From: Lama glama
Lineage: Eukaryota
DNA length: 64,000 bases
Direction: 5' to 3'
Assembly: GCA_028534125.1 (NCBI GenBank)
Contig: CM052846.1
Location: 4,154,001 to 4,218,000 of the forward strand
Part shown: in pieces, positions 1 to 13,308 of the stretch
Layout of the letters: each line of letters begins with the position of its first letter
Position numbering within the stretch: the first letter of the stretch is position 1
Translations under genes and position numbers: made by a program
The notes under the pieces: generated by a model
Told to the model about the DNA's origin: nothing
Database searches by the model: none
Seen by the model: the letters and a program-made list of their open reading frames with translations, nothing else

Positions 1-2989
1 CGTGCAGTGGTAAAGAATGAGTGGAAAAGAAAAAAAAATAATATAGCCATGCTCACTCCTATCTGGGTGTTCCAGTGTCTTCTTATAGAACATCAGCTGA
101 ACTGAACTGACTGTGATAACTTCTGAACCAACCATTCTTGGGAGCTGTTAAGCGCAGAGTGACACAAAGTGAGCCAGCAGCTTCATCCTCTTGCAGCCCT
201 GGACGCTGAGCCTGCCCTCGGCCATCCTGATCCTCTGTCAGCAGAGATGTCAGCCTGCCATGCCCTGCCTCTTGATCAATATTCATTAAAGACGCTGTTA
301 CCTGCATTGGAATGACCAGGGCGACTTTAAAGAGGCACATTCCTTAGGAAGTAGCTCAGGACTCTGTATTTCAATCAGATACTTGAGTGATTATCATGCA
401 CATTCAATTCTGCGAACCATGACTTCGTACCCTTTACTAAATTTCCTCTGTACATTTCTTCCTTCTGTCTCTTTCCACAAGTCGGGTGACCGTAACTTAT
501 TCTTCCCTTTACTCTGCCACAAAATTCATAAGTGTTAGTCATGCAAAGCCCGTTTCAATTTTGTCTGCCCCTTGCCCCACTCCTTCCTCCAACTTTCTGT
601 GGGTGGAGATGACATTATCACTTCCAGCACAAATGGAATCAGCTTTGAAACCTCAACGCCACAAAACCTAAGATGCTACAGGCGTGATAAAGAAAGGTAG
701 CTGAATGTGTTCCTCAAGACCATGCCAGCCAAACGGGGCTCCACCAAAGGAATCCAGGAATCTTTTGCTATAGCCCATGGTTGTACGGGTGGTGGATACA
801 CAGGCCACAGGGAGGTCTTAGATCCAGGGCCTCTGTTGTATATGGATGAGGAATCTGTATAGATATTCTTGAGTACAATGAGAGAATTATTCCATATGTA
901 GCTAGCAACTGAAAAAATGCTGGATATGGATGCTGACTTATACAAGACAAGTTTTCTTAAGCTATAAAATGTACATTTGTTTGTGTGAGAGCAATGCCAA
1001 TTACTGTCACTGACATCTGCTCTTTATAGTATCTGCTTAATTGCTGTGTAGAATGATATTTACTATGTGTATCATATTTATGCATTATTTTCATTTTCAT
1101 TAGTTTCTACGCTTCCTAAAGGCAAGGATAAAAAAATCTTCCATATTTCTGTGCCCTTCAGCCCACTATGACAGTAGCTTACATGTCATACATTGTCAGT
1201 AAAATACATAATTAATTAATGTTTGTATTTTACTCCTGTTACATTTGTGTCCATGCATGTTACACATGTTACACAAATGGCCCCAGTAAATCAGTTGATC
1301 CCTCCCCACCACAGACACAGGCATACCTTTCCTGGTATTCCCAGGAGGGTCAGAAATAGAGAATGAAGGCCTGTACCTGATACCTAGCATCCAGAAGGCA
1401 GAGAAGGAGAAAGAAGAGGAACACGGGGAGGAAGAGGGAAGGTCATGGGAAGGAGAAGGATGAACTGTGTTATAGAACATACTCTGCTCTGCCTGTAGCA
1501 ATCACTGAGTGTACATAATTCCCCAAGTCCAAACCGAAAGTCTCGGTGACCACAGCTGCACGTGTCCCTTCCATCACACACACTCCACTCCTTTCTCACA
1601 TGAGAGTGGAAGACGTGGCAGTGTGTTTATTTCCCTGTTCAGGCCATCCTGTGTACCCGCTTCCCCCTGAAGCACAGGATATGCCATTTTAATCTGCCCA
1701 AGACCCGCACTGGCTGGATGCACCTCTCAAAGTGTGTGTTCCTTCCTTCCCTAGAGCTAGGCTTCACAAACTTGAAGTACCAAATCTTAGAAGAAGAAGA
1801 AAAGTTATTGAAGACAGAGATGAAGATAAGTAAGGAGGAGAAGTAATAACACATACACACACACAGGGTAAAATCTTAAACACCCTAACCTTATCCTTAT
1901 CCACCCCAGAAAACAAGTCGTGAAATGCTCTGTGAACGGCCTCTTACGTGCCTTTCAAACAAACAACGTAGTTGTCGCTAAACCAGTGTCTCTAATCCCT
2001 GTGGAAATTGAACTATGAACTTTTTGTTGAAAATCGTAATTATCATTTTTTGCCTTTATCCCTCACCACCATCACCCCTAATTTGCTTCAAATTTTGCAG
2101 CCAAGATTCATGACATTGAACTTTCTCTCAAATCCATTCATTTCCCAATGACTCCCAGTTTCTTTATTTCTGCACCTCCCATGAGTCCTGACCCTGAGTT
2201 CTATGCCTGCTTGATCAGAAGACCACCTCTCTCTATGGATGTTCAGCCCTCAGAGCTATTGCCCACATAACATGGCATTCTTCTTATAACTTTAAAAAAA
2301 AGAATAAATGGAAGGATATTGCTCATGACTCTCCCTTTCGCAGTCAGAGGAAATTGACTTTAGTTACCTTAGTAACCAGAGTGTCAGTCATTCTCTCCCC
2401 GCACCAAATCCCTTTAGAATTCACATAGAGCAACATTTTAAAAATAGAATTACTTCTATTCTATTTAACTTCTAGAGTTTGTTAAAAACAAACTTCCTTC
2501 TTACTTGAATGCTTTCTTAAAGAAGCCAATCTAATTTATCATCAGGAGCATATTAAAGTGTACAGAAATTTTCATATTATATGTGTGTTTGAATTCTATA
2601 AATACATATTATATGTACTAATACAGATATAGATAAAGAATCATGAAATGTTAGGATTAGAATCATTCAATGACTTAGTGACAAGATTAGAATGCGAATT
2701 GCCTGAATGCAAGAACATGCATCTTTCAGATGTACGAGAGAATTTGAATAACTGCGACTTCACCAACAGTGTTCTATGTACATTTTTTCCCAATTTCATA
2801 GGTAAAATCGTCATATTAGATTGTGGGGTTTTTTTTTTTTTTGCATTTGTTCAATTTCTAGAAACTCATTTTCTAAATTTTTGTACAATGTTTTTTCTAA
2901 TTCTATGTATCAGTTGTTAAAATTATGTAGTTCATTAACTAACCGTTGCTTAACTATAATAATAAACAATTAAGTTCATTCTTAAATAC

Positions 2990-4500
2990 TTCGTATTTTC
3001 ACTTAATACTATAAGTGAAGAGAATTTTATTCTTTTCATACTTTTAGCTAGTTTTCTAGTTTGTTATTGGCCATTTAAGATTCCTTTCTCGGTGAGTGGC
3101 TGACACACAGGCTTTGACATTCTCTGTGTGATTTATATATTATGTATTCTTACTATGAATTCTTCATTGGTTATATACATTTCAAATGTGTTCTAGACAG
3201 TGACTTAGCTTTTTTGTTTGCTTAGGGTATCTTTTCTGCACAGAATTTTAAAGTTTTATATATGCACATTACACAATATGTTTTATTAAGATGTGTTCTT
3301 TTTTGCATGTTGGAGAAATCCTCCTCTACCTCAAAGGCTGAAAGTTATTAGGCTAAATTTTCTTCTAAATGTTTTAAGGTTTCCTTCTGATATATACACC
3401 CTCAATCCACCTGAATTATGTTTGAGGTAAATATGAGGTAGGGAGCGTATCTGTTTATTTGTTTCTTTCATACGGATAATTCATTGGCCCAGCCCTGCTT
3501 ATACCCTCTCCCCCTGCTGATGAATAATTGAATCATGTTACCGCTTCACCTATCAGATTTTCTTGTACACACAACTCTGTCTCGGCTCTCTCTGCTGTGG
3601 CAACTCTGTTAATCCCTGAATCAGTAGCACATTGTTTTAATTAATGAAAAAACTGGTAAATATTCTTTCCCTTACAAAATTGCCTTGTAGCTTAAAAATT
3701 CTATCATTTCCTCCCTTTTTTGATGAACCCCCTGTCTGTGGCTTTCATTTTCCTCTCCTGTTGTTAATATTTTCCTTCTTGAATAGATGAGTTTCTTACA
3801 AATTAAAGAAATTAGCTACCGTCTTTCATAGAATGTGCAGATTTTACCTCATTGCTGTTGGTCTCTAAACTTAGTTTTTGATATTTTTGCCAAACATAAG
3901 ATTTTTAAATCTTGTTTGTTTTAGGTATTATGAAATCAAGTTTATTGTTTATTTCCTTTATGACTTCTCCGGTAAATTAAAACATCAAATAACATTTAAT
4001 AACATACTTCTCAATGATAAGCAAAAAAACTCTCAAAACAATAGCTTTTCCCATGTTATGATAAATAAATGAATAACTTCATATCCTGTAACACTTCATC
4101 TTTGCTTTTTCCTTCATTCGGATTTTCATTATGTATAAATTAAAGTCTGAGCCACTTACTGAATGTAACATATTTCACTGTTTACTTTTATATCCAAGGG
4201 TAGACCTTGATTATATACTCAGTCTTTCAATCACATGTTCAGTGGTTATTTATACTTAGCATTTTATACGTGAACTGTTCTCATTCAGAGGGAGTAAATA
4301 TTCAAGAAATTTCTGTAGAAAATGTGTGCGTTTGCCTGTTGCCTTTGCCCACCGTGGGGAGCTTGGCTGAGTATATAGTTCCCAGGTTATCGACCAGTTT
4401 ATCTTGATGATTTTGAGAGACTGATGTGCATCGTGGGGCATCTTAGCATTATAGGTCTGTAGTGTGTTTTGTTTTGTTTTTTGTACTTTTAATGGTATTC
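2990..4500 (-). mobile_element. Highly decayed ancient L1 (L1ME-like) fragments
   Basis: T-rich plus strand with antisense ORF2 motifs (tattggccattt, aatccacctgaatt, atgaggtaggga, cagtagcacattgttttaatta). Boundaries approximate; similar T-rich sequence continues at ~5800-6450 beyond the younger L1. Confidence 0.6.
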
Positions 4501-4566
4501 CATGCAACCTTCTAAATTTTCCTTCATTGCAATTGAAAAAGAACAGCTAAAATAATCTAGGTAAGG

Positions 4567-5779
4567 AGGGCAGTCTACCTAGGCAATAGAAATAAAAAAA
4601 AAATTGGGACCTAATTAAACTTACAAGCTTTTGCACAGCAAAGGAAACAATAAGCAAAACAAAATGACAACCTGTGGAAAGGAGGAACATATTTGCAAAT
4701 GATGCAGCTGACAAAGGTGTCATTTCCAGAATATATAAACAGCACATACAACTTAATAACAACAACAATAACAAAAAAACAAACAAAAACAAACAGCCCA
4801 ATCCAAAAATGGGTAGAAGACCTAAACAAGCAATTCTCTAATGAAGACATATGAATGACCAACAGGCACATGAAAAAATGCTAAATATCAGCCATTATCA
4901 GAGAAATGCAAATCAAAACTACAGTGAGGTATCATCTCACACCAGTCAGATTGGGCATCATTAAAAAGTCCACAAACAATAAATGCTGGAGAGGGTGAGG
5001 AGAAAAGGGAACCCTCCTTCACTGCTGGTGGGAATGTGATTTGGTGCAGTCACTATAGAGAACAGTATGATGATTCCTCAAAAAACTAAAAACAGACTTA
5101 CCATATGATCCAGCAATCTAACTCTTGGACATATATTCGGAGGGAACTCTAATTTGAAAAGATACATGCACCCCAATGTTCACAGCAGCAATATATGCAA
5201 CAGCCAAGACATGAAGCAACCTAAATGTCCATCGACAGTTGACTGGATAAAGAAGTAGTGGTATATTTATATAATGGAGTACTACTCAGCCATAAAAAAC
5301 AATAAAATGCCATTTGCAGTAACATGGATGGACTTGGAGATGGTCATTCTAAGTGAAGTAAGCCAGAAAGAGAAGGGAAAATACCATATGATATCACTCA
5401 CATGTGGAATCTAAAAAAAGAAACAAAAAGAAAAAGAAAAGAGAGGACAATAATGAACTCATCTACAAAACAGAAATAGACTTGCAGACATAGTAAACAA
5501 TCTTATGGTTACCAAGGGAAAAGGAGTGGGAAGAGATAAATTTGGGAGTTCGAGATTTGCAAATGATAATCACTATATATAAAAATAGATAAAAAACAAA
5601 TCCCTTCTGTATAGCAGAGGGAACTATATTCAATATCTTGTAATAATGTTTAATGAAAAAGAATATAAAAATGAATATATGTGTATATATATCTATATAT
5701 ACACACACATTGTGCTGTGCACCAGAAACTGACATATTGTAAGTGACTATACTTCAATTAAAATAATAATAATAATAAG
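4567..5779 (+). mobile_element. 5'-truncated LINE-1 (ORF2 C-terminus, 3'UTR and A-rich tail), cetartiodactyl/camelid-type, with target-site duplication
   Basis: 4981-5037 translates KCWRG*GEKGTLLHCWWEC, the L1 ORF2 cysteine-rich motif with an in-frame stop. A typical 3'UTR (gggagttcgagatttgc...gggaactatattcaatatcttgta) ends in an (AAT)n tail. Flanking 15-bp direct repeat: ATAATCTAGGTAAGG (4552-4566) and ATAATCTGGGTAAGG (5780-5794), 14/15 identical. Confidence 0.95.
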
Positions 5780-7371
5780 ATAATCTGGGTAAGGGCTTCT
5801 TTTATTAATTTAAAACAAACTGAGCAATTCCTTTCTAGTTGTAGCTTGATCCTTTTCTTAAGTTTGGGATTTCTTTTCTTCTTTAATTATTGTCTCTCTT
5901 CCAATTTTTCTGGTTTTCTTTTTTCACAAATACTTCTAATCTTTAAATTGCATCTCTTCTTTCCTGCTACTATATTTATAATCTTCTGCTATTGCTTTCA
6001 TCTGTTTGTTCTTTTACTCCACATTTTCGGAGGGAATCACCAGTCTGCCCTTTGCATATCCAATGCGATTGTCAGAGTCTATTCCTACTATTTTTTTCAT
6101 TTCTTTTGCAATCTTTTCGTGTCACAGTCAGCTTATTTTAATCTCTGATTTCATCGCAGCATACTCTTCTGCTGTAATTTTCTTCCTCATTCATAAGGGT
6201 CCAGTCTATTTTTCTACAGGTTTCAAGTAGGGGTCTTATTTTTTTCATTGATGTTACTCTGTTTAGAAACTGCTTTTCTGAGACACACGCTTCCTTTGGG
6301 TTTTCCAGGCTGGGCAGCCGTTTCCCTTATGTTGTAACACATTTTCCAAAGTCCCAGTCTACTTCTACTTTTTTATGTTGATTCACCCTAGGTAGGTGAA
6401 GTTTCTATGCAGGTTTGCATGTGGCAGAATGTTGGGGGACGATCGGAAATGATGCCTTTGGCTCTTTCCAGTGGCCTCTGAGATGCTAGTATCAAATTCC
6501 TATCAGATGTAAATGAGAGGAACATGCATAACCCCTTCAAAAATCATGATGCTTTGCACACTTTGTTTGATGGGAGTCTACCACTGCTTCTGTTACTGCT
6601 ACCGTGTCTTTCAGGAAAGAAAGTCAAATGCTTCCTGTGATCTCTGCGCCGAGCAAAAATACAAAGCCAATCCTCCCAGCACGCACTGCTCTTTAGGTTA
6701 TTTCTACCTCTGTCCTTGCTTTGCATCCTTCACGTTCAATGATAAAAGATTACAATATGCAAATAGCACGGCCTGGCCTTACTCCCGCCCCCGTCCCTAC
6801 AGGCTGAACACTGAGAGTCCTGGTCTCTGAGCATACGCACAAAGAGACCCACCGACGAAGGCACGAGCGCTGAATGTCTGCCTGTCTTGCTCATGATGCA
6901 CATCTTACGACTTTTGGAGTCTGGGGGCTTGTTTGCCCAATAGCGCGACCTCTGCATCCTAGACTTAGGGGCATGAAGATGGGTAAGTTCCATGACCGCT
7001 CCCCCTTTTCAGACACTCCTAGGGCTGTGCGAGGTCAGAATGTTTCAATTAACTTATAGTGCAAAGGCGGAGGATTCGGTCAGTCCTCATCAATACGGCC
7101 GCTAAGAAAAAAATGCCTCAGCATTGACAGTCTGTCCATAACTTCAGTTTATCATTCTGTTGTCATTAAAAATAATTCTGTAAATAGAATGAAATTTTTT
7201 TTTAAAATAATTTTCAGGCAGGTATAGCAGTGATAACACATTAACCTCAAAACGAAACCTAGATTATTAATAAAAAGTTTAAAAATAGGTCATTGCTATT
7301 TTATACCGAACACTAAGTTTACAAAATGTGAAACTCCCAACAAAAAGAAATGACAAAACTTCCCTGTTAAC

Positions 7372-7431
7372 AGGGAACAAAAGTGAGGGAACGTGAGGGA
7401 ACAAAAGTGAGGGAACGTGAGGGAACAAAAG
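7372..7431 (+). repeat. 24-bp tandem repeat, 2.5 copies (AGGGAACAAAAGTG-AGGGAACGTG)
   Basis: Read directly: agggaacaaaagtg agggaacgtg agggaacaaaagtg agggaacgtg agggaacaaaag. Confidence 0.95.
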
Positions 7432-8194
7432 CCATTGCAAAGTGCAAGCCTTCTGTGAAGGACCATGCTAAATTCTGAGTCCATTGCAAATACATTTTTG
7501 CAAAGTATGACCTGGATATCCCTGACAAGCTTTGACTATTACCTAGAAGGTGTGTTTACCCGTGTCCGTACTGATAGTGTGAATTAATGTGTGTGCTGTT
7601 GAGAGCAGTGCTGTAATTCCCATTAATTCTGCTGGCATTTTTTTTGAAGTAGCAGGGGAGAGCAGGTGGAGTAAGTGTTCCGTGGACTACAAATTGGAAA
7701 TCCCTATTTAAAGAGCATAATGGAATATGTGAGTGGTGTTATCAATAAAGGGGGTATGTTATAAAAAGATAGTTTTTAAAGGCATAAAGTTAAAAGGTGG
7801 GAAGGAAAGAGCATGGAGTCGGGGATGTTGCATATTCAGTCCTTTCTTGTGTCCGTGGGTTAAAACATGTAGCTTCTCTCTCCCATAAGCTTATCTTCTA
7901 CGCGGTAGCCATCACTTACAATGTGATAAGAGCCGCAGCAGGGCTCAGGTCAGGGTCCAGATGGAGCACCTAGCCAGGCGGTCAGAATCAATACAGAGGA
8001 ATTTACAAGAATGACTTGTTGGGTGAAGGCTTTCGGGAGCAAGAAGAGCTGCATGTTCAGAAACAAGGAGGTGAAACAGTGTTCGGCTCACAGTCGTGAA
8101 AGCAGTTGGTAAGCCTCGGAAAACAGGCTGACGGATTAAACAAGGGGAAGTTGGTGAGAAACCTCAGATACCACGCAAAAGCGATGGTGGTAGT

Positions 8195-8715
8195 TGAAGT
8201 AACAAACATCTGTGAACAAGCCGAATGTCCATCAGCAAGGGCACAGATGAGTGGGTCAGTGTATGATTATCCTGTGGGAACACCACAGAGTAAGGAAGAT
8301 GCCTGAGTTACAGTCACGTGGATGAACGTGGATAAACTGCAGCCACATTAAGTTGCATGAAAAGAGCAAATCACTGAAGTATCACAGAATAGATTTCCCT
8401 CCGTTTACGCCACTTAAAAACATACTGTCAAACCATTTTCTCATTAGGGATATATTTACGTACGTTAAGTATATACGTATATTTAACATAAGAGAATAAT
8501 AAACCCAGATTATAGGAAAGTGGTTATCACTACGTTCTCCTCTAAGAGAAAAGGGTTTAGAAACCATGGGGCATGGGATTCCAAAGGTGTTGGTATTTTT
8601 CTATGTTTTAGACGGAGCGGCAGGTGCTCTAGTGTTAATTTTGTTTACATTACTTACTGTGTGCATACATATTAAATGCTTTTTCATATCTATCGAAAAT
8701 TTAATAAAAGCAGTA
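8195..8715 (+). mobile_element. Ancient L1 (L1ME/MC-like) 3' end
   Basis: aacaagccgaatgtccatcagcaaggg...catggatgaa-like...aaaagagcaaatcac...aaagtggttatcact...tgttggtatttttctatgtttta, ending ttaataaaa. Confidence 0.7.
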
Positions 8716-10099
8716 AAAATTGTTCTTGTCTAAAATTACTCCACCCAAATCAGCCTTGCAACCTCGAGGAAAAATGACGTATTGTGAGTTCCTAATTTTA
8801 ATTATAATGGCAATTTTAATTGTTTAACTTCTTTTGATGCCCAGAAAGTTAAATCTGAAGGTTCAAGAGATTTTTGTTTTTTTAACCTTTTCTTTCCAAA
8901 CTAGAAATAAAAGAGTGAAGGGAAAATCCTCAAGTGTCTAAGCAGGCAAAGGCCGAGGGCTGAGAACTCTAAACCCCTTGACTGTGCTGTGGGTTCACTG
9001 CTTTGGCCACAGTGGAAACTTCACCCTTCCATTTAATGGACAAAGCGAATGTAAATTTGTTCTCGGTCACAATACACCCAGTATTAACTGTAGTGAAAGA
9101 AAATTGCACTAAGAGCTGAATTTGAGGCTTAACTTTCTGACACTCTCTTTTTTGTACGGAATTGATCCGCTCAAACCGGGAGCTCATAACTGGGAAAATG
9201 TCCGCTGTTGCCTTGTTCTAAATTTTAATGGTGCCCAGGCCCACTCTGACACTAATTGTACAGCCGCTGTTCCCTCTGATTGTCTAGCAGGAACCAGCGC
9301 TCTTCTCTGGCTTCCCTGCGAGGGAGGCAGCTGGGGGACAAAGTCCGCGTAGGATTAATCCCGGCTGGCCTTGTGAAAATGACACAGACCATCTCCAGGA
9401 TGAAGCAAAAGGATTATTTGAAGAAAATGTGAAAATGTAAATTTGGCCCTGACATAGCAGCTCTGGCAGAAGTCTTTCCTGATGTTGTTGGATCGCCTTT
9501 TTTTTTTTTTTTTTTGGTGTCACTATAGAAATAAAATTATGTAGATGGTCCTTCCCACCTTCCCCAAAGAACTGACCCTCCCCTCTTTTTTTGTTAAACG
9601 ATATTTACAGAACATTCTCAGGACCGCAGTGAGGAAGATGCGCTGCACTTAAAGTCGATTTCAGGACTGAAATCAAGGTCACGATGTGTGTTTGCGCGAG
9701 TCCCTCATGATACTCACTGCAACACCACTTGCGTCACTGGCACAAAACTACCCCCACCAGCTTTTCCAATATTGTCTCTTTTTAGAAAACCATCACTCCG
9801 GTCTCTCTTAACTGAATAGTTTTGTCCCTACAAGTAATGACCTCATGGGCTTAAAATACGTGATACGTGGGAGGTTATCTGTGAGAGGACGGGACTGGGA
9901 CAGTCTCAGACTCAGACAGAAAGTTAGAAGCTGGAATGGTGTGGAGGGAAATTGTGACCCCCTTCATTGTAAAAGTGGCAACGTTAAAATTACACGGAGA
10001 GGACGGAAGTTCACTGGCTATGAATTAATATATATATTTGGAACATGAGAGAGGGAGTAGAAAGAGAGAGAGAAATTCACTGCGATGCAAGGGAGGGAC

Positions 10100-10410
10100 A
10101 TATATAAAAGAAATTTTAAAAATGGTCCTCTTTCTATAAATTTATTTACTATTTCTGCTTTTCATTTATTTTCCCGTTCATTTCCTGTTCATGCTCTTTG
10201 CCTAGTTTTCTTTGGTTCGTCCAGCATTTTCCTACTTAATGTAACCTTACACAGTTTAAATTCTGGAAATTTCCTCTGTCGTGTGTGCTGCGTACAGTTT
10301 TTGAGTGTTGTTTGTTTACGACGGTTGTTTCCATTCTGAAGTTTTTAATTTTTATTGGTGTAAACTGTACCAATCTTTTCCATTATGAGTAATTTTTAAA
10401 GCACATTATT
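10100..10410 (-). mobile_element. Ancient L1 fragment
   Basis: Antisense L1-like motifs (tgttcatgctctttgccta, gaagtttttaattttt..tgtaa..taccaatcttttcc). Confidence 0.5.
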
Positions 10411-12770
10411 TGCTAGGGTTTTTTTGTTTTGTTTTGTTTGTTTTGTTTCCATTTCCACGTACAGATGACACGGCTCCTCAACTCTTTCCGGGAGCTGCTC
10501 TGCAGGAGGAATGTGGTATGTCTTCCTCACCGCTGGTCCCTTTTAGGATGTCCTTCACACATGTTGACTCCATCCCTCAGTATTACACTGTTGAGTTCAG
10601 TAGCTGACTTGAAACGGAGGAGGTGACGTTTGCAAGCACCCAAGTTAGAGATTAGCAGAGACTGGCCTTTGGTTTATGCTCACGGAAATTGGCTGATAGC
10701 ATTTCCACTGCATTTTTCCTTTTTCTCTCTATTTTTGTCCTGATTTTTTTTTGAAATGTTCATCAATTCTTAAGGAAGAATTCTTTCTCCCTTTAGAAAA
10801 ATTTATTTTGCAAGAACTTGAAATAAGTAGGGCTCACAATTAGTTTCCGAGTAGCTGTTAATTCACACAGATGTAGGAGGCAGGTCTCCTACAGCTGCAT
10901 GTAATTGAGTTCAGTTCGTCATCAGATCTCATGGGTTACTTTAATATTTAACCCCCAAGCAACACTTTCAATGCCACCGACTTCTCCAGACTTACAAAGT
11001 CTAGGATACAAAAATCCTCGTTGAGAGCTTTGAAATTCATCCTGTCAGGTGTATTTGGCCAAGATTACTTGAAGGGGATGCAAATTCCGTCTCTCACAGT
11101 TACTTCTGTAATAATGTTTTACATTTATATGGTACAATGCATTTCTCGTAACACACTCATGAGAGTAATTTCACTGGGTCCTTTGACAGCCCTTCAAAAC
11201 AGAAAGGCAATTTTTATTTTCTTTATCAAGTGAGACAGTAGAGGCTCGGATTTGTTAAAAGACCGTCCAGTTTTAGCCGTCAAATATTTATTGAGCATCT
11301 AATACAGGAAGATTGTGAGTTAAGCCTTCTGAGTTAAATACAGTCCAGAGGCCAAAGACATTACCGCTGTCTAGTAGAGATGTGGTCTTGATGCAAATAG
11401 CCTTATTTGCAGCAGAGGGAGGGGTAATTTTTAGGAGACATATAAGCATCTCATGACATTCATAGGGAAGGGGGAATTTGAGCATGAGAATTTGGGCATC
11501 AGAAAAGTACTGTGGGCAAGAATTTTATTTCCCTGAGCCTCAGATTCTCTTCTGTAAAACAGAGCTGCAATGGGCTGTCAATAAAATGGGAGTTAGAATA
11601 TGCTTATTCACAATGTGCTGCTACCACAGAGCTCTGTGAGCTTTGCCATGCTACTGAACCTCCCTGTACTGTTTCTTTTCTTGCTTAAATAGGAAAGGTA
11701 GCACCACCTCACTGGTATTTCATGGGTATTAATGAGATAAAGCTGCATGGTACCTGCTGCCTAGAAAATGCTCATTCTAGGTCAGTCGCCAGCATCGTTA
11801 CACTACTAATAATGGGATGTTTGGAAGCTCAAAAAAGACTTGATTGACATTATGACAATGAATAAGTTTTAAACAGTGAGCTGGATTCTGATTGTCAGAG
11901 AGTGAGAAAAAGGTTCAACTTCTTGAAATGCAGGATTTTCTTGGAGAACACCAAATTACCATTCTTACTGATACATATGCTTTTGGTAATTTACTAGAGG
12001 GATGTTTCGTTGAAATCATTATAAAGGCCTTTGAAAGGTAGCTTAGAAATTTCTGGCTACTTTGGTAGGCAGTTGGACCTCCTCATCAACAGTTAAGACC
12101 ACTAGACTTTTAAAGATTTATCAACGTGGTGTAAAAATGGTATCTGATTGTGATTTTAATTTGGCTTTCCTTGATTATCAATAAGATTAGGAGTCATTTA
12201 AATATACGTATCCCTAAAACCTACCATGGTTTTTGGTACCCAGTATGGGCCCAATAAATAAATATTAAATAAAGTAAATGAATAAATGTTCACAATGAAT
12301 GCAAGGTTTCCGCCTTTATCACAGACGTCAGGGATTTTTAACAGACTTGTGCAGAGACGGTACGCTTACTGCCTCAGGAAAAGGTCCAGCTTCTGTGATG
12401 ATGACCTTCTCTGCTGAGGGAGACGCTGTCATGAGATAACCATCGGGCCATCCTCTTACGGACAACAGTGACTCTTTCATCACACTACGCAGGTGAGTGT
12501 CTCTGCTAGATACGTGAAACCTTGGCCCTTTCCAGGAACACGCGTTATAATGCCTGGAGCAAGCCTCACATGACTGAAGAGGACGTAATCCCTATGCAGT
12601 GTGAGCTGACCCCAGACCAGCAGTGCCAACTGGAGAATCCTTACTGCGAGGGTTTGGCCGCGCAAGTGGATTCCTTGGCAATACCTTTCCTTATTTTCCA
12701 TAATCGGGAGACAGTTAAGTAATTGAGGTACGTGGGGTACCTGACTACAAGTACCCCAGGTGATGGAACC

Positions 12771-13308
12771 TGTTTTGAGACAGATGTTTTATTATCATTC
12801 AGGTGTGGTGAGACCAACAGATCAAGAGACAACTGCCACTGAAAAGATGGTTGATCCCAAGAGAAGGGGGCACACCACGGGACCGGGGGTGGGGGTGTGT
12901 GTGCAGATGTCCCGGGGGAGGTCAGGAGGCAGAGGGAGGGGGAAAAGGTGGGCAGGAGCCTTCCCTGTGGTTTCTGCAGGCAGGAACTGGCAAGACAGCG
13001 GAAGCAAGCTCGGGACTGGGTGGTTTGAATAATGTCAGTGGACTCGGGGGCCTAGAGGCTGTCCCTGGTTGTCTGGTACCCGGCTCTAGGGCGATCAGAA
13101 CAGGTAGACAGTGGCCTGCAAAGCGAGAGACCAGTAAGGAAGGCGGCTGAGGGTGCAGGCTCTGGACAGGCTGGTTTGCGTATGAAAGGCTTGCTCACAG
13201 CCTGTCTTCTGTCTCTAAAACTGAGCTGGCACTGAGTGGGACAGACCCTGCAGAGGCCACAGGTGTCAAAGTATTAGAACTGAGAACATAAAAGACATGG
13301 TTCATACA
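12771..13308 (-). mobile_element. MER74-like ERVL-class solo LTR
   Basis: TG...CA termini (tgttttgag...ggttcataca). The reverse complement reads TGTATGAACCATGTCTTTT...TTTCATACGCAAACCAGCC...GGTACCAGACAACCAGGGACAGCC...ATTATTCAAACC, matching recalled MER74 consensus. No clear TSD. Confidence 0.85.

Noticed and set aside
685-965. Plus-frame translation with a few stops (LNVFLKTMPAKRG...EKMLDMDADLYK), a possible processed-pseudogene remnant
   Set aside because: I recognise no parent protein, and there is no poly(A) tail or TSD. A tblastx/blastx hit would be needed.
7372-7431. Repeat-spacer-like pattern resembling a mini CRISPR array
   Set aside because: The units are only 7-bp repeats with recurring, non-unique spacers, there are no cas genes, and the context is mammalian.
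12733-12758. 8-bp stem hairpin TGGGGTAC...GTACCCCA beside the LTR
   Set aside because: It is too short for a pre-miRNA and expected by chance in 64 kb.
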